In this document: positions 16,598 to 26,595 of the stretch, piece after piece | How the letters are laid out: the number at the start of each line of letters is the position of its first letter | Numbering within the stretch: the first letter of the stretch is position 1 | NCBI GenBank assembly: GCA_015064845.1 | Contig: SVRL01000006.1 | Span: forward strand, 6,865 to 70,864 | DNA from: Oscillospiraceae bacterium | Lineage (GTDB): Bacteria > Bacillota > Clostridia > Oscillospirales > CAG-272 | Direction: 5' to 3' | DNA length: 64,000 nt | Program-made: the position numbers and the translations under genes | The notes under the pieces: model-generated | What the model saw: the letters and a program-made list of their open reading frames with translations, nothing else | What the model was told of the DNA's origin: nothing | The model's database searches: none

Positions 16598-18225
16598 GGT
16601 TTTGCCTCCTTTTCCCCGTTGGCAAGGCAAAGAGAAACGGCATCGGAAACGGTAACGGCGTTTTTATAATATCCCCTCGTCATACGGCTGACGGGCGTGG
16701 TATAAAAACGGTTTGCCGAAAAGAAATTTCTCGGCGTATCCGAAGAAATCAGTTCTCCGCGGAAAAATAACGCCACTCGGTCGGCAAGCTCCGCTGAAAA
16801 TTCAGTATCGTGGGTTACCGCGATCACGGTAACGTTTTTTTCTTTTAATGCGCGCAAAACCGAAACAATTTCGGCTTTCGCATGGGCATCCAAGCCTTTG
16901 GTCGGTTCATCCAACAAAAGCACCTTTGGATCGCTTGCCAGAATTTTTGCAAGCGCAACCAATTGACGCTCTCCTCCGCTGAGATCATAGGGATGTTTTT
17001 CAAGCAAAGGAGAAAAATCATACGGAAAGTCAGAAAGCGAAACTTTTGAATCCTCCAATTCTTCGCGAACGGTATTGCACAAAAATACGGTCGTAACGTC
17101 CTGCGGAAGATATGCCAGATTTTGTTTATAAAGAGAACCGTTCGTATATTCCTTCAATTTTTTTCCGAATAAGCGAACCGTACCGCTGTAAGGCTTCAAA
17201 AGTCCCGAGGTTACACCGAGCATGGTGGATTTTCCCGCGCCGTTTCCGCCGAGAATACAAAAACATTCTCCCTCAAAAACGGAAAAACAAAGATTGGAAA
17301 GAATATCCACGCCGTTTTTCTCATATCGAAAGAAAACGCGATTCCATTCCAGTACTTTTTCCTTTTTGGTAAACGGTTCATCGGGAATCGAAAGAATTTC
17401 ATTTTTATAGATACGCCGAACCCATTCCCTGCCTTCCCGAACCGTCATCGGCGCAGTATTTTCCGAATTTTCGGGAAGTGCATGGGAAAGACGGACCGCG
17501 CAAGGCATGGAAAGCAAGAGATCTTCTCTGTTTTCTAATTTTTTAACCGCTTCTCTCGGCGGTTCAAGAGCAAAAAGTTCACCGTTTTCCAAAATCAGCA
17601 ACCGATCCGAAAGAGGCATTACCTCTTCCAAACGGTGTTCAATTAAAATAACGGTCAAAGAAAATTCCCGATGGAGCTTATGAAGTGTCGCAATGAAATC
17701 CGAAGCGGCAATCGGATCCAACTGTGCGGTCGGTTCATCCAATAAAAGAATCTTCGGATTCATAACCATAACGGCAGCCAAATTCAAAAGCTGATTCTGC
17801 CCACCCGAAAGCGAGGAAGTATCCCGAAAGAAAAGATCCTCCATGCCGAAATAACTTGCCATTTCCGCCACGCGTCTGCGGATTTCGCTCTGCGGAAGAT
17901 TCTGATTTTCCAAACCAAACGCAAGCTCATGCCAAACCTTATCCGTTACGATCTGCTGTTCGGGATGTTGCATAACGTATCCGATCTCCGGAGCGGTTTC
18001 TTCTTCGGAAATTGCCTTTCCGTCCAAAAGAATTTCTCCACCGCATTCGCCGACGGGTGCAAGCTCCTTCTTTAAAAGACGCAAAAGCGTGGATTTTCCG
18101 CTTCCCGTTGCTCCGCAAACGGTCAGAAATTCACCTTCTTCCACAGAAAAAGAAAGATTTTTCAGCGTATGAACGGGATTCGTCGGATAACGAAAGCTTA
18201 AATTTTTGACTGTAAGTATTTCCAT
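16594..18225 (-). CDS. ECF transporter fused double ATPase
   Basis: Two Walker A (GATGSGKS, GGNGAGKS), two LSGG signatures, two LLLDEP. Confidence 0.93.
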   Translation of the reverse strand: MEILTVKNLSFRYPTNPVHTLKNLSFSVEEGEFLTVCGATGSGKSTLLRLLKKELAPVGECGGEILLDGKAISEEETAPEIGYVMQHPEQQIVTDKVWHELAFGLENQNLPQSEIRRRVAEMASYFGMEDLFFRDTSSLSGGQNQLLNLAAVMVMNPKILLLDEPTAQLDPIAASDFIATLHKLHREFSLTVILIEHRLEEVMPLSDRLLILENGELFALEPPREAVKKLENREDLLLSMPCAVRLSHALPENSENTAPMTVREGREWVRRIYKNEILSIPDEPFTKKEKVLEWNRVFFRYEKNGVDILSNLCFSVFEGECFCILGGNGAGKSTMLGVTSGLLKPYSGTVRLFGKKLKEYTNGSLYKQNLAYLPQDVTTVFLCNTVREELEDSKVSLSDFPYDFSPLLEKHPYDLSGGERQLVALAKILASDPKVLLLDEPTKGLDAHAKAEIVSVLRALKEKNVTVIAVTHDTEFSAELADRVALFFRGELISSDTPRNFFSANRFYTTPVSRMTRGYYKNAVTVSDAVSLCLANGEKEAKP

Positions 18226-19067
18226 TTGATTTTTTCTCCTGCTTCTGCCGCCGTCGGTAAAAATGCAAGTATGCCGTAAGCACCGTACGCCAAAATTGAT
18301 ATCAGTGTTTGTTCATGTCTGAGGATGAACGGATAATATTGAAATGCCACCGCTTCGGTTGCAATTCCGTAAACGGCAATCGAAAAAAGTATGCCGATCA
18401 GCGCAAGATATAATCCGTCTTTGCGATAAAAACGGAAAACGGCAAAGGCGCTTCTCTTTCCCATTCCGTAACCTCTTGCTTCCATGCTGTCCGCCGTTAA
18501 AATTCCCGTTTCCAATGCCCAGGTTACCGTAACGGAAAAGACGCGTATAGAGCCGCGAATACGGTCAAGCATATTGTCTTCCTTGAAATATCCCATTGCC
18601 TTCTGCGCTTGCGTCGTTTTTTTCAGTTGCAAACCGAAAAGCGGAATATATCTCATTGCCATGGAAAGAAGGAGCGCAAGTTTTGGTGAAATTCTGCCGA
18701 AAAGATACAGGATTTTATCACTCGTCATCAATTCCGAAAAGCTTCGGAACCAATAAAGCGTTGCCAGCAACATCAGCGCGGCAACCGCGCCGTAGATACA
18801 AGCTTCCTTTGTAACGGGATTTCCGTTCAACACAAAGAGAACCGTTGCGCCGTTGTGCTGAAACAGCGGATTCAGTACCGCCACCGTAAGCGCAGTCAGA
18901 AAAATCGGAAGATGCATTCCCGTTTTCTTCCCCGCATTTCGCACAAAAAAGAAACTCAGCGCACCCGCAAGTGAAACGGTCTGTATTACGGGATTCATGG
19001 AAAACATGGAAATCCCGGCCGCGGCGGCAAAATAGCAAAGTAAAACAAAAGGATTGAGATGTGTCAT
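18198..19067 (-). CDS. ECF transporter T component
   Basis: AMRYIP and SMEARGYG motifs, TM-rich. Confidence 0.9.
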   Translation of the reverse strand: MTHLNPFVLLCYFAAAAGISMFSMNPVIQTVSLAGALSFFFVRNAGKKTGMHLPIFLTALTVAVLNPLFQHNGATVLFVLNGNPVTKEACIYGAVAALMLLATLYWFRSFSELMTSDKILYLFGRISPKLALLLSMAMRYIPLFGLQLKKTTQAQKAMGYFKEDNMLDRIRGSIRVFSVTVTWALETGILTADSMEARGYGMGKRSAFAVFRFYRKDGLYLALIGILFSIAVYGIATEAVAFQYYPFILRHEQTLISILAYGAYGILAFLPTAAEAGEKIKWKYLQSKI

Positions 19068-19070
19068 GTT

Positions 19071-20618
19071 TTATTCCTGCGGAATGTCCTTTCCCTGATT
19101 CAAGGTATAATGCCATACGATCGTATCTCCGTCGGAAAGCGTATAAGTAGCACAGCCGACAGAGGGAGATTCTCCGTTTACATGATAAACCCAACCGGAA
19201 AGATCTCCGTAGGCAAGCTCATAAAGATATCCCAGACCTTTGATATAGATCAAATCTCCCGTTCCGCCGTATTCCATCTGAATACGGTTTGCACGAACGG
19301 CTTCCTCCAGAATATCAAAAACACTTTCGCCTTCGGCAAGCGCAAATTCCGTTTTTTTCAAAATAATGCCATCCTCGGGAACGTAGGAAAGCTCGTTTTT
19401 TCCGTTCAGTACGTCACATCGAATTTCCAGCGTAACCGTTCCGATCACGTTTTCCTTCGGAGATTGCGCCCCGTAGTAATCGTCCGCGCTTTGAAAATCA
19501 AGTGTGAAAACGAGCAAACAAAGAACCGCGCCCGTCAATAAGACAAGCAAGAAATTCTTATAATGGCGTTTTTTGAAAATCAACAGCAATACACACCCGA
19601 AAACAGACATTGCTACAATGATAATCAACGCATAAACACGCCACGAAACGGCAGGTTCTTCTTCCGCAACGGAAGAAGGCGTATATACGATATGAGAAAG
19701 ATCGTCCAGACCTTTCAATTGATAAAAAGAACCATTTTCCAAAGCGCAAAACGCAAGATACGCCTGTACGGTTGCCTGAGAATTCGCTTTCGTTCCGATC
19801 GTATGTGAAAACGCCCCTTCTTCACAGCGGAAAGAAAGCAACGCATCCAAAACGGTATTTCCGTTTTTTAGGAATCGGCTGTCTGTCAGCTCAATATCAA
19901 GCATCGTCATCGAAATGATAACCTGCGCCGAGCTTTCGGCATTTTCCACACCGTAATTGACAAAGCCGCCGTTTTCCGTTTGCGCTTCCGAAAGCCGCTT
20001 CAGCGCTCTTTCTATCACAGGCTTTACGTTCTCATCATTCCGATACGGAGCAAGCGCTTGCAAAACCATTGCTGTCACGTCCGTATCAAACAAGTTTCCC
20101 GTCACGGCAAAGCCGCCGTTTTCGAGTTCTTTTTCTAAAATTTTCCGAACGATATCTGCGCAAGACATTTCCTTCGGTTCAAATCCGTTTTCGGCGAGAT
20201 GAAGCGCATAAACGTAGCTCATGATACCAAGCTTTCCGACACATTCGTCGACAGTTTTTGAGACGAAATCGGAAGAATATCCGCTCGCTAAAAGTGCAAG
20301 CGCATATTTTTGCTTGGTAACGGGATTGGTAATTTCATTTTCATTGACGTATCTTACCAAAGCACGGGCATAGGCTGAAAAATCATATTCTCCCGTTTGG
20401 GAAAGCGCAAGAACGTACCATTCCGCGATACCGTCAAACGATTGAGGCAAAACGGAATCAATCCATTCCTGTACGCTTGCTTTCTTTGATTTTTGAAGTT
20501 CGTAAGATAAAATGTCGTTTTGAATATCCGAAACGGCATTTTCTGCCGAAACGGGAAGAACGATGCTTGCGAAAACGAACAGAACGCAAAGCAAACAAAT
20601 AAAACTTTTCTTAAACAT
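19071..20618 (-). CDS. Membrane-anchored transcobalamin-like protein (alpha/alpha barrel + 2 TM + DUF4430-like domain)
   Basis: Signal peptide; DTDVTAMVLQAL and ENAESSAQVI barrel repeats; C-terminal YIKGLGYLYELAYGDLSGWVYHVNGESPSVG. Confidence 0.8.
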   Translation of the reverse strand: MFKKSFICLLCVLFVFASIVLPVSAENAVSDIQNDILSYELQKSKKASVQEWIDSVLPQSFDGIAEWYVLALSQTGEYDFSAYARALVRYVNENEITNPVTKQKYALALLASGYSSDFVSKTVDECVGKLGIMSYVYALHLAENGFEPKEMSCADIVRKILEKELENGGFAVTGNLFDTDVTAMVLQALAPYRNDENVKPVIERALKRLSEAQTENGGFVNYGVENAESSAQVIISMTMLDIELTDSRFLKNGNTVLDALLSFRCEEGAFSHTIGTKANSQATVQAYLAFCALENGSFYQLKGLDDLSHIVYTPSSVAEEEPAVSWRVYALIIIVAMSVFGCVLLLIFKKRHYKNFLLVLLTGAVLCLLVFTLDFQSADDYYGAQSPKENVIGTVTLEIRCDVLNGKNELSYVPEDGIILKKTEFALAEGESVFDILEEAVRANRIQMEYGGTGDLIYIKGLGYLYELAYGDLSGWVYHVNGESPSVGCATYTLSDGDTIVWHYTLNQGKDIPQE

Positions 20619-21423
20619 GATTTCTGCGTTTTTTCACAACGATCACAACCGCAACTGCAATTCCGGCGATTGCAACAACAGAAAGTACGGTCATGGCAAG
20701 CAGCAGATCCGCCGAATCCGTATCAAAAACGGACGGAACACGAATGATGCAGACGGGCGCAACGATCGTCTGCAAATCGGATTTTGCGCTGACCGTCATA
20801 TTGCGCCAGTTTTTAACGGGAATCTCCGCTTTACCGTTTTCATCGGTCATAATACCCGAAGCTTTGCCGTCAATCAGAATTTCCGCGCCCGAAACGGGAG
20901 TTTTCACAACGTTCCAATTGGCATCGTAAGTATTCGCATACAAAGTCAGCGTTACCGTGTCATTGATTTCCGCAGAAACAAAGGTCTGATCGAAAAAGCA
21001 ATACAAATCGGAAAAATTTTCCGTATCCGTATAAATAAAGGCTTTGATGTGGTCACCCTCTTTGATGGGATCGTAACAACTCATCGCAGAGCTGTCATTG
21101 ACGCAATAACCGTAGCCGTTACCGCCCGCAAAGCCCCAAAGCTTCGTGATGGAACAACCGTATGCTGTTTCTTCGGAAGCAAAGCCTTGCGCGCCGTCTT
21201 TGTAATACTCTTTATGCGCACCGATCAATGCATCGTTTACGGTCAGATTTCCGTCGCCGTCTTCGTCGGCAAGCGTAACGGAAGCGTACGTCAGCACGAG
21301 AGCGCCGTTTTCATCGGAAATGCTGACATAAACATCGTGGGGAGGCACTTCCGCACAAACGGAAAACCCGAAAAGTGAAAGGGTAAGCAACATACAAAGT
21401 GTGAGGGAAATGATTTTTTTCAT
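20611..21423 (-). CDS. Surface protein with DUF4430-like N-domain, Ig-like domain and C-terminal TM anchor
   Basis: Start MKKIISLTLC after RBS AAGAAAGG; ITKLWG..GYGYCVND motif. Confidence 0.65.
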   Translation of the reverse strand: MKKIISLTLCMLLTLSLFGFSVCAEVPPHDVYVSISDENGALVLTYASVTLADEDGDGNLTVNDALIGAHKEYYKDGAQGFASEETAYGCSITKLWGFAGGNGYGYCVNDSSAMSCYDPIKEGDHIKAFIYTDTENFSDLYCFFDQTFVSAEINDTVTLTLYANTYDANWNVVKTPVSGAEILIDGKASGIMTDENGKAEIPVKNWRNMTVSAKSDLQTIVAPVCIIRVPSVFDTDSADLLLAMTVLSVVAIAGIAVAVVIVVKKRRNHV

Positions 21424-21485
21424 AAGAAAATTCCTTTCTTTTTTTGCGGAAACCGCATTTTTCGAGAGCTTTTCTTTTGAGAGAA

Positions 21486-21740
21486 TCATCGATTCTCATT
21501 TTTCTTTCGTTTGGCACGAATCCTTTTTTCCCGATTCTTTTCCGAAGAATCGTCTTCTCTTTTCGGTTTCAATCCCGCCGCCTCCAATGCGCGCGGCCAC
21601 GGACCGAGAAACGCTTTGATGTAAGCCACCTCTTCTTCCGTAAAATCGGAACGCTTGGGATAACGCCCCTGCAAGCGCAGAGCCTCTCCCTTCTTTCGGA
21701 GCAATTCCAGACAGATTTCTTTGGTATAACGCGAATTCAT
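21486..21740 (-). CDS. Small protein of the homing-endonuclease-associated repeat type (84 aa)
   Basis: YTKEICLELL...YPKRSDF...YIKAFLGPWPRALEAAGL then a basic tail; RBS GGAGG before ATG 21740. Confidence 0.65.
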   Translation of the reverse strand: MNSRYTKEICLELLRKKGEALRLQGRYPKRSDFTEEEVAYIKAFLGPWPRALEAAGLKPKREDDSSEKNREKRIRAKRKKNENR

Positions 21741-21787
21741 GTCAAACCTCCAGTCGGGCATCACGGGAATCGGAACAGTTTTATATA

Positions 21788-21826
21788 ACAAAAACTGCGC
21801 CTTTCGAAAAAAGCGCAGTCTGTTTT
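21788..21826 (-). terminator. Riboswitch expression-platform terminator
   Basis: GACTGCGC-TTTTTTCGAAAG-GCGCAGTT followed by a T-tract. Confidence 0.75.
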
Positions 21827-21949
21827 CATCAAAATCCCGCGTGAAAAGCACATCCGAAAAACGCGGAACAAAACCGTTTGAAGCCTCAAACGATTTCCAA
21901 AAACGGCTGCACTTTTCATACCCAAAAATGTTTCATCATGCCTCACAAT

Positions 21950-22075
21950 GGGACGAGTATTCCGACTTGAGTTTCTGTCCGACAGGACAAAAACAGTTAC
22001 GGTAATGGCGGTTGCGACGGATTTTCACCGAACTTCCCTCTGATCCGCAGAAAGCGGAGCCCCAAAGCGATTCTA
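21950..22075 (-). promoter_or_regulatory. Cobalamin riboswitch
   Basis: AGGGAAGTTCGGTGAAAATCCGTCGC...ACCGTAA...AAGTCGGAATAC core; promoter TTGACA-16-TACAAT at 22118-22091; upstream of B12-type ECF genes. Confidence 0.85.
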
Positions 22076-22114
22076 TATGATTGTACTTTTATTGTATCAC
22101 GGAAATTGTATTTG

Positions 22115-22732
22115 TCAAGAAGAAAATGAAAGAAAATTTCCGATGTATTCCGCAACGTGTTCTCCGAGCTTTCTTGCTGCTTCCTTTTCAAAATGAATCC
22201 CATCCGTCTGCGGAAATATTTGGGCATCGGAGGTCAGCGCATAGAGATCATGATACGCATATCCGTTTTCCTTTGCCAGACGAAGCAAAACTTCGTTACG
22301 CGGGATCACGTGAGCGCCTCCGTTTCCGTGATCCGTCGGCGTACTCGCCGCAAGTATCAGCTTAGCTTGCGGTTGATTTTTCTTCAATACACAAAGGATC
22401 TCGCGGATACCCTTTTCATAAACGTCAAGAGAAATCTGCGTATCGTTGCAACCGCCGTGTAAACCGTTATTGAAATGGATGACATCGTAAGTATAGCCGT
22501 TCAAAGGTCCCGTTGCCAAGTCCAGCTCTGCTGTCAGTACGGGATCGCCCGCGCACCGCGAACCGCAAAGCTGATCCACCGCAATTTTTTTCGGTTTATA
22601 AAGTTCCTGCACACGGCCGCGATAACTTTTCGTTACGGAATCGCCGATTAGAAGAATTCTGCGGCGGGAGAAATCTCCTGCCTTTTCCCACCAAAAATCG
22701 GACCATTCCGCATATTCTCTCGGAAATATCAT
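22115..22732 (-). CDS. SGNH/GDSL esterase
   Basis: LIGDSVT, HFNNGLHG, DGIHF. Confidence 0.85.
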   Translation of the reverse strand: MIFPREYAEWSDFWWEKAGDFSRRRILLIGDSVTKSYRGRVQELYKPKKIAVDQLCGSRCAGDPVLTAELDLATGPLNGYTYDVIHFNNGLHGGCNDTQISLDVYEKGIREILCVLKKNQPQAKLILAASTPTDHGNGGAHVIPRNEVLLRLAKENGYAYHDLYALTSDAQIFPQTDGIHFEKEAARKLGEHVAEYIGNFLSFSS

Positions 22733-22757
22733 GTTCCTTCCTCCGTTACGATTTTAT

Positions 22758-23843
22758 TTATCGGCTGTTTTTCACAGCTTCGCCAAATTCACGAACTGCT
22801 TTATAATAAGCCTCCGGCACGGAGCCGTCTGCGCGGGGAGCAATATTCAAAAGCAAATTTCCTCCCCATTTTTTGCAGGTTTCATACTGTTGCATAGTAA
22901 TAGAAATATCACGGTATTTATCTGCATTTTTAACGTAAGACCATCCGCCGCCAACATGCCAGATATGACAGGTTTCCCAAGGCATTCCGGGATCTTCTTT
23001 GGGCAAACGGCACTCATATTGAGAACAATAATCACCTACCCCAAAGCCCCACAAACGGTCGTTGATAACCATCTGCGGCTGAAGCGCACGCATTTCTTCA
23101 GCAGTGATCACATTCGTGATATCCTTTACGGAGCCATCAAACCAAAACAGATCGATCTGCCCGTAATTTGTCAACAGTTCACGGACTTGCGCGTTGATAT
23201 ATTCAATGTAACGATCATAATGTTCCTTGGGCATTTCGGGAAGTTCGCCCGGAATATCATTATGGTCAATATCCTTATGCAGCCTGTCGGGATACGCAGC
23301 CGAACGAGAGCCGTTCATAAAGGACATATAATTCTGATTCCATCTCCAATCGGGGGGAGAATAATAAAGTCCGACCTTTAAGCCGAGTTTACGGCAGGCT
23401 TCGATGTACTCTTTGACAAGATCTCTGCCGTTCAGATAATTTTTCGTGGAAAAATCACTCACTTCGGAGGGCCAAAGAGAAAAACCGTCGTGGTGCTTCG
23501 TCGTCAGAATCGCATAGGAAAAACCCGCTTCCTTTGCGGTGCTCAGCCATTCCTCCGGGCGATATTGGTCGGGATTGAATTTTTCCGCCAACGCCCAATA
23601 TTCGCGCGGTGTCAAAATTCCGTTTTTCTTTTTGCGGCGTTCGGGATTTTCCATCATACCCCATGAAATATCCAGATCACCGTGTACGGTAGAAATGCCG
23701 TAGTGGATGAAAAGACCGAGATTTACGGGCTGATAAAACCATTTTGCACCCGGATGTTCGGTTCTTTTGAATACGATTTCCTTTGAGTTGCCGCTGTTTC
23801 CGATGATCTCGTGCTGTTCGGCAACCGTTTTGTTTGCGCTCAT
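22758..23843 (-). CDS. Alpha-L-fucosidase (GH29)
   Basis: GLFIHYG, TTKHHDGF, LFWFDG, WETC motifs. Confidence 0.92.
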   Translation of the reverse strand: MSANKTVAEQHEIIGNSGNSKEIVFKRTEHPGAKWFYQPVNLGLFIHYGISTVHGDLDISWGMMENPERRKKKNGILTPREYWALAEKFNPDQYRPEEWLSTAKEAGFSYAILTTKHHDGFSLWPSEVSDFSTKNYLNGRDLVKEYIEACRKLGLKVGLYYSPPDWRWNQNYMSFMNGSRSAAYPDRLHKDIDHNDIPGELPEMPKEHYDRYIEYINAQVRELLTNYGQIDLFWFDGSVKDITNVITAEEMRALQPQMVINDRLWGFGVGDYCSQYECRLPKEDPGMPWETCHIWHVGGGWSYVKNADKYRDISITMQQYETCKKWGGNLLLNIAPRADGSVPEAYYKAVREFGEAVKNSR

Positions 23844-24028
23844 GATAAAATTCCTTTCAAGCTCTGCTTTTTTCATTGTATTTTTTGCAGAAAAGCTTTT
23901 ATCTTGGAAAACCTTTTCGGTTTTCCCGAGGGTATTTTAACAGAAAAGATTTCTCTTGTCAATCTTTTTTCGCTTTTTCCATAGATTACACATAGAAAGG
24001 TAATGGAAAAAACATCATTTACGGACTG

Positions 24029-24502
24029 CTATACAATATCACAAGCAGAAATACGGATGATTTGCTGTAAAGAGGAAAAAGGCATTTCGATCTGATATCC
24101 TATTTTTCCCGCGCTGAAAAAAATCGTTTCAAACGAAGGCGCTGTTTCGTGAATAACTGTTACAAACTGTTTTTTCATGCCGATGGGAGAGCAACCGCCA
24201 TGAATATATCCCGTCAGGGGAAGCAATTCCTTGGCTTTGATCATTTCCACAGATTTTTCTCCGACGGCAGCCGCCGCTTTTTTCAAATGTAATCCTTTTT
24301 CGGCAGGAACCATAAAAACGTAATGATTTCCCGATTTTCCGACCGTAACCAAGGTTTTGAAAACGCGGGCAGGATCTTCTCCGAGCATTTTTGCAAGATC
24401 AACTGCCGTATGTTCACCCGTCGCGGGAACGCTGTAGCTTTGATACGGTATTTTCGCTTGATTCAAAATACGCATAACATTGGTTTTTTCAGACTGCTTC
24501 AC
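24029..24502 (-). CDS. ybaK: Cys-tRNA(Pro) deacylase YbaK
   Basis: KTNVMRIL, VFKTLV, TGYIHGGCSPIG; GTG start after AAAGGAGG. Confidence 0.92.
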   Translation of the reverse strand: MKQSEKTNVMRILNQAKIPYQSYSVPATGEHTAVDLAKMLGEDPARVFKTLVTVGKSGNHYVFMVPAEKGLHLKKAAAAVGEKSVEMIKAKELLPLTGYIHGGCSPIGMKKQFVTVIHETAPSFETIFFSAGKIGYQIEMPFSSLQQIIRISACDIV

Positions 24503-24506
24503 GGCT

Positions 24507-25907
24507 TTATTCCTCCTTTCCGAGATTTCGGAAATTCTTGATGGTATGGAAAGTGGAATAATTGGCATCGTGGAAATTATGAGCGTTGTTGATTGCGGTT
24601 CGGCAAAGATAAATGATATCGTCTCCCTCAAATTCAAAATCCACGTATTGAAATCCCACCTTTTCACGATCATGAGATCGAAAATCAAAAAGGTCGCAAA
24701 CCACCGTCCAATGAACGAGGTCTTCCGAGCGGAACAAGGAAAGCAAATTTCTGGCGCCCGCATATTCGCGATCATAAACACGGGTAGCAACGCTGTAATA
24801 CGCGTCGAAATCCGCATCGTATTTGATCATGAATTTTGAATAATTCGCAGGGAATTCCATGCAACGCAGGAAAGAAAGCGGTGCTTCGTGATTTTCGGTA
24901 TCAACCCGATAAACCAAAGCCGTCCCGTATTTACCGAAACGCATGATATTCAGCAGTTTCCCCTCCCGATCGGTAACGAGCGTTCCTTCAATGGTCATGG
25001 TATGAAGCGGAAGATTTTGCAATTCTTCCGTAAAATGAGCAAACGGACGAGGTTCACTGAAGCTCCAATTTTCGGGAACCAGCAAATCGTCGTTTTCATC
25101 ACAGGACATCACCATGGCGGCATGACCGTACACACGGTTTGACCACGTTCCCCATTCCAGCGTTTCATAAATCCTGCCGTCGTAATACACGATATTCTGC
25201 GGATTTTTATGCACACCCGAATTTCCGTGTTTTCCGTTGGAACCGCGCAAGAGCGTGACAGGCGCGGAAAACGTTTTTCCTCCGTCCGTGGATTTTCCGA
25301 TTAAAAGATCGCCGTATTCCGTGGAACAGGAAAGCATATAAAGCTCACCTTTATGGATGAACATTTTTCCCCAGAAGCAAGGCATAAGCTCGCTTACGTA
25401 ATGCCATGTTGCCCCATCGTCATCGGAACGGAAGATCAAGGTCAGATTCTGCGGATGGTTTCCCGCAAACAAGTCCATGGAAGCCAGCAAAAATCCGTCG
25501 GGATGGCGAACCAAAGAGGGGGAGCAAAGATATCTGCCCGAAAATGCATATGCTTCATCATCGGGATGCAAGTAATTGACGACCGTTCCCACGGGAGCGC
25601 CGCAAAGCGCAAGACGCACACGGCTTTTTCCCTTTTTCGAAGCAACGTAAAACTCATATTCTTTTCCTTCGGTCAATCCCGTGATATCACAAGCGCATTC
25701 CGCAGTATTTTTCCAATGCAAAAATATTTCCGTTCCCCGCTCTCGGTAATAGACCGCATATTCCGAGCCGTTTTCCAACCATTCAAAATGAATTTTTTCT
25801 CTGTCAGGAACGACACGGCAAATATAGGGATCTCCGACCTCTGTTAAAAACGGACGGTACGGACGAAAACTCCAAGATGATATTCCTTTCATAATGATCT
25901 CCTTCAA
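24507..25907 (-). CDS. BNR/Asp-box beta-propeller glycosidase-like protein with N-terminal FN3-like domain
   Basis: Asp-boxes SDDDGATW, STDGGKTF, SEDLVHW. Confidence 0.7.
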   Translation of the reverse strand: MKEIIMKGISSWSFRPYRPFLTEVGDPYICRVVPDREKIHFEWLENGSEYAVYYRERGTEIFLHWKNTAECACDITGLTEGKEYEFYVASKKGKSRVRLALCGAPVGTVVNYLHPDDEAYAFSGRYLCSPSLVRHPDGFLLASMDLFAGNHPQNLTLIFRSDDDGATWHYVSELMPCFWGKMFIHKGELYMLSCSTEYGDLLIGKSTDGGKTFSAPVTLLRGSNGKHGNSGVHKNPQNIVYYDGRIYETLEWGTWSNRVYGHAAMVMSCDENDDLLVPENWSFSEPRPFAHFTEELQNLPLHTMTIEGTLVTDREGKLLNIMRFGKYGTALVYRVDTENHEAPLSFLRCMEFPANYSKFMIKYDADFDAYYSVATRVYDREYAGARNLLSLFRSEDLVHWTVVCDLFDFRSHDREKVGFQYVDFEFEGDDIIYLCRTAINNAHNFHDANYSTFHTIKNFRNLGKEE

Positions 25908-26059
25908 AAATGAAAATTGTTTGCTGTTTTTCTTTCATTATATCAAAAATTTTTTTGAAAATCTATATTTTTCCGAGAAAAAAAGACTCCCACGGGATTT
26001 TCCCATGCAAGTCTTCGTTTGGGTATAAATTTCGCTTTCGCGGCAACGATTTTTTGATT

Positions 26060-26455
26060 TTATCCGACGATATATCCCGATGTCGTAACGTATGCGTTGA
26101 GCGCACCGGTATCGTCGTATATGGATATTTTATAAAAACAAGTCTTTCTGCCGCCACGTATTTTTTCGGTTTCGGCGTAAAGCGTCGTTCCCTTAACGGG
26201 AGAAAGATAGACGATCTGAGAAGTCTGTGTTACCGTTGGAGGCTGCTTGAAATTGGATGCGATCGCGAAGGCATAGTCTGCCATAACGAAAAACACACCG
26301 CCCATCACCTGTCCCAAGGCATTTTTGTGCTTATCTTCAATCCTCAGACTGCATTTTGCGTGTCCCGGCGCCGCTTCCAGTATTTCAATGCCCGTCGTTT
26401 GCGTTGCGTAAAGATCTTTACCGAAAAATTCCTTTGCTTCTTCCAAATTGCCCAT
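26060..26455 (-). CDS. PaaI-family thioesterase
   Basis: NALGQVMGGVFFVMADYAF hot-dog motif. Confidence 0.88.
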   Translation of the reverse strand: MGNLEEAKEFFGKDLYATQTTGIEILEAAPGHAKCSLRIEDKHKNALGQVMGGVFFVMADYAFAIASNFKQPPTVTQTSQIVYLSPVKGTTLYAETEKIRGGRKTCFYKISIYDDTGALNAYVTTSGYIVG

Positions 26456-26595
26456 TGCAATTACCTCCGTATATATCCTTGGAATTCGTGAGAAATTATA
26501 TCACAAACGAAAAGTTTTGTCAATGATGGTTTTATCTCAGATAAAAAGACCTGCACAGGATTTTCCCATGCAAGTCTTTGTTTTGAATCTTAAAA

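Noticed and set aside
24503-24817. N-terminal extension of ybaK
   Set aside because: Overlaps the upstream gene in another frame; GTG 24502 has the RBS.
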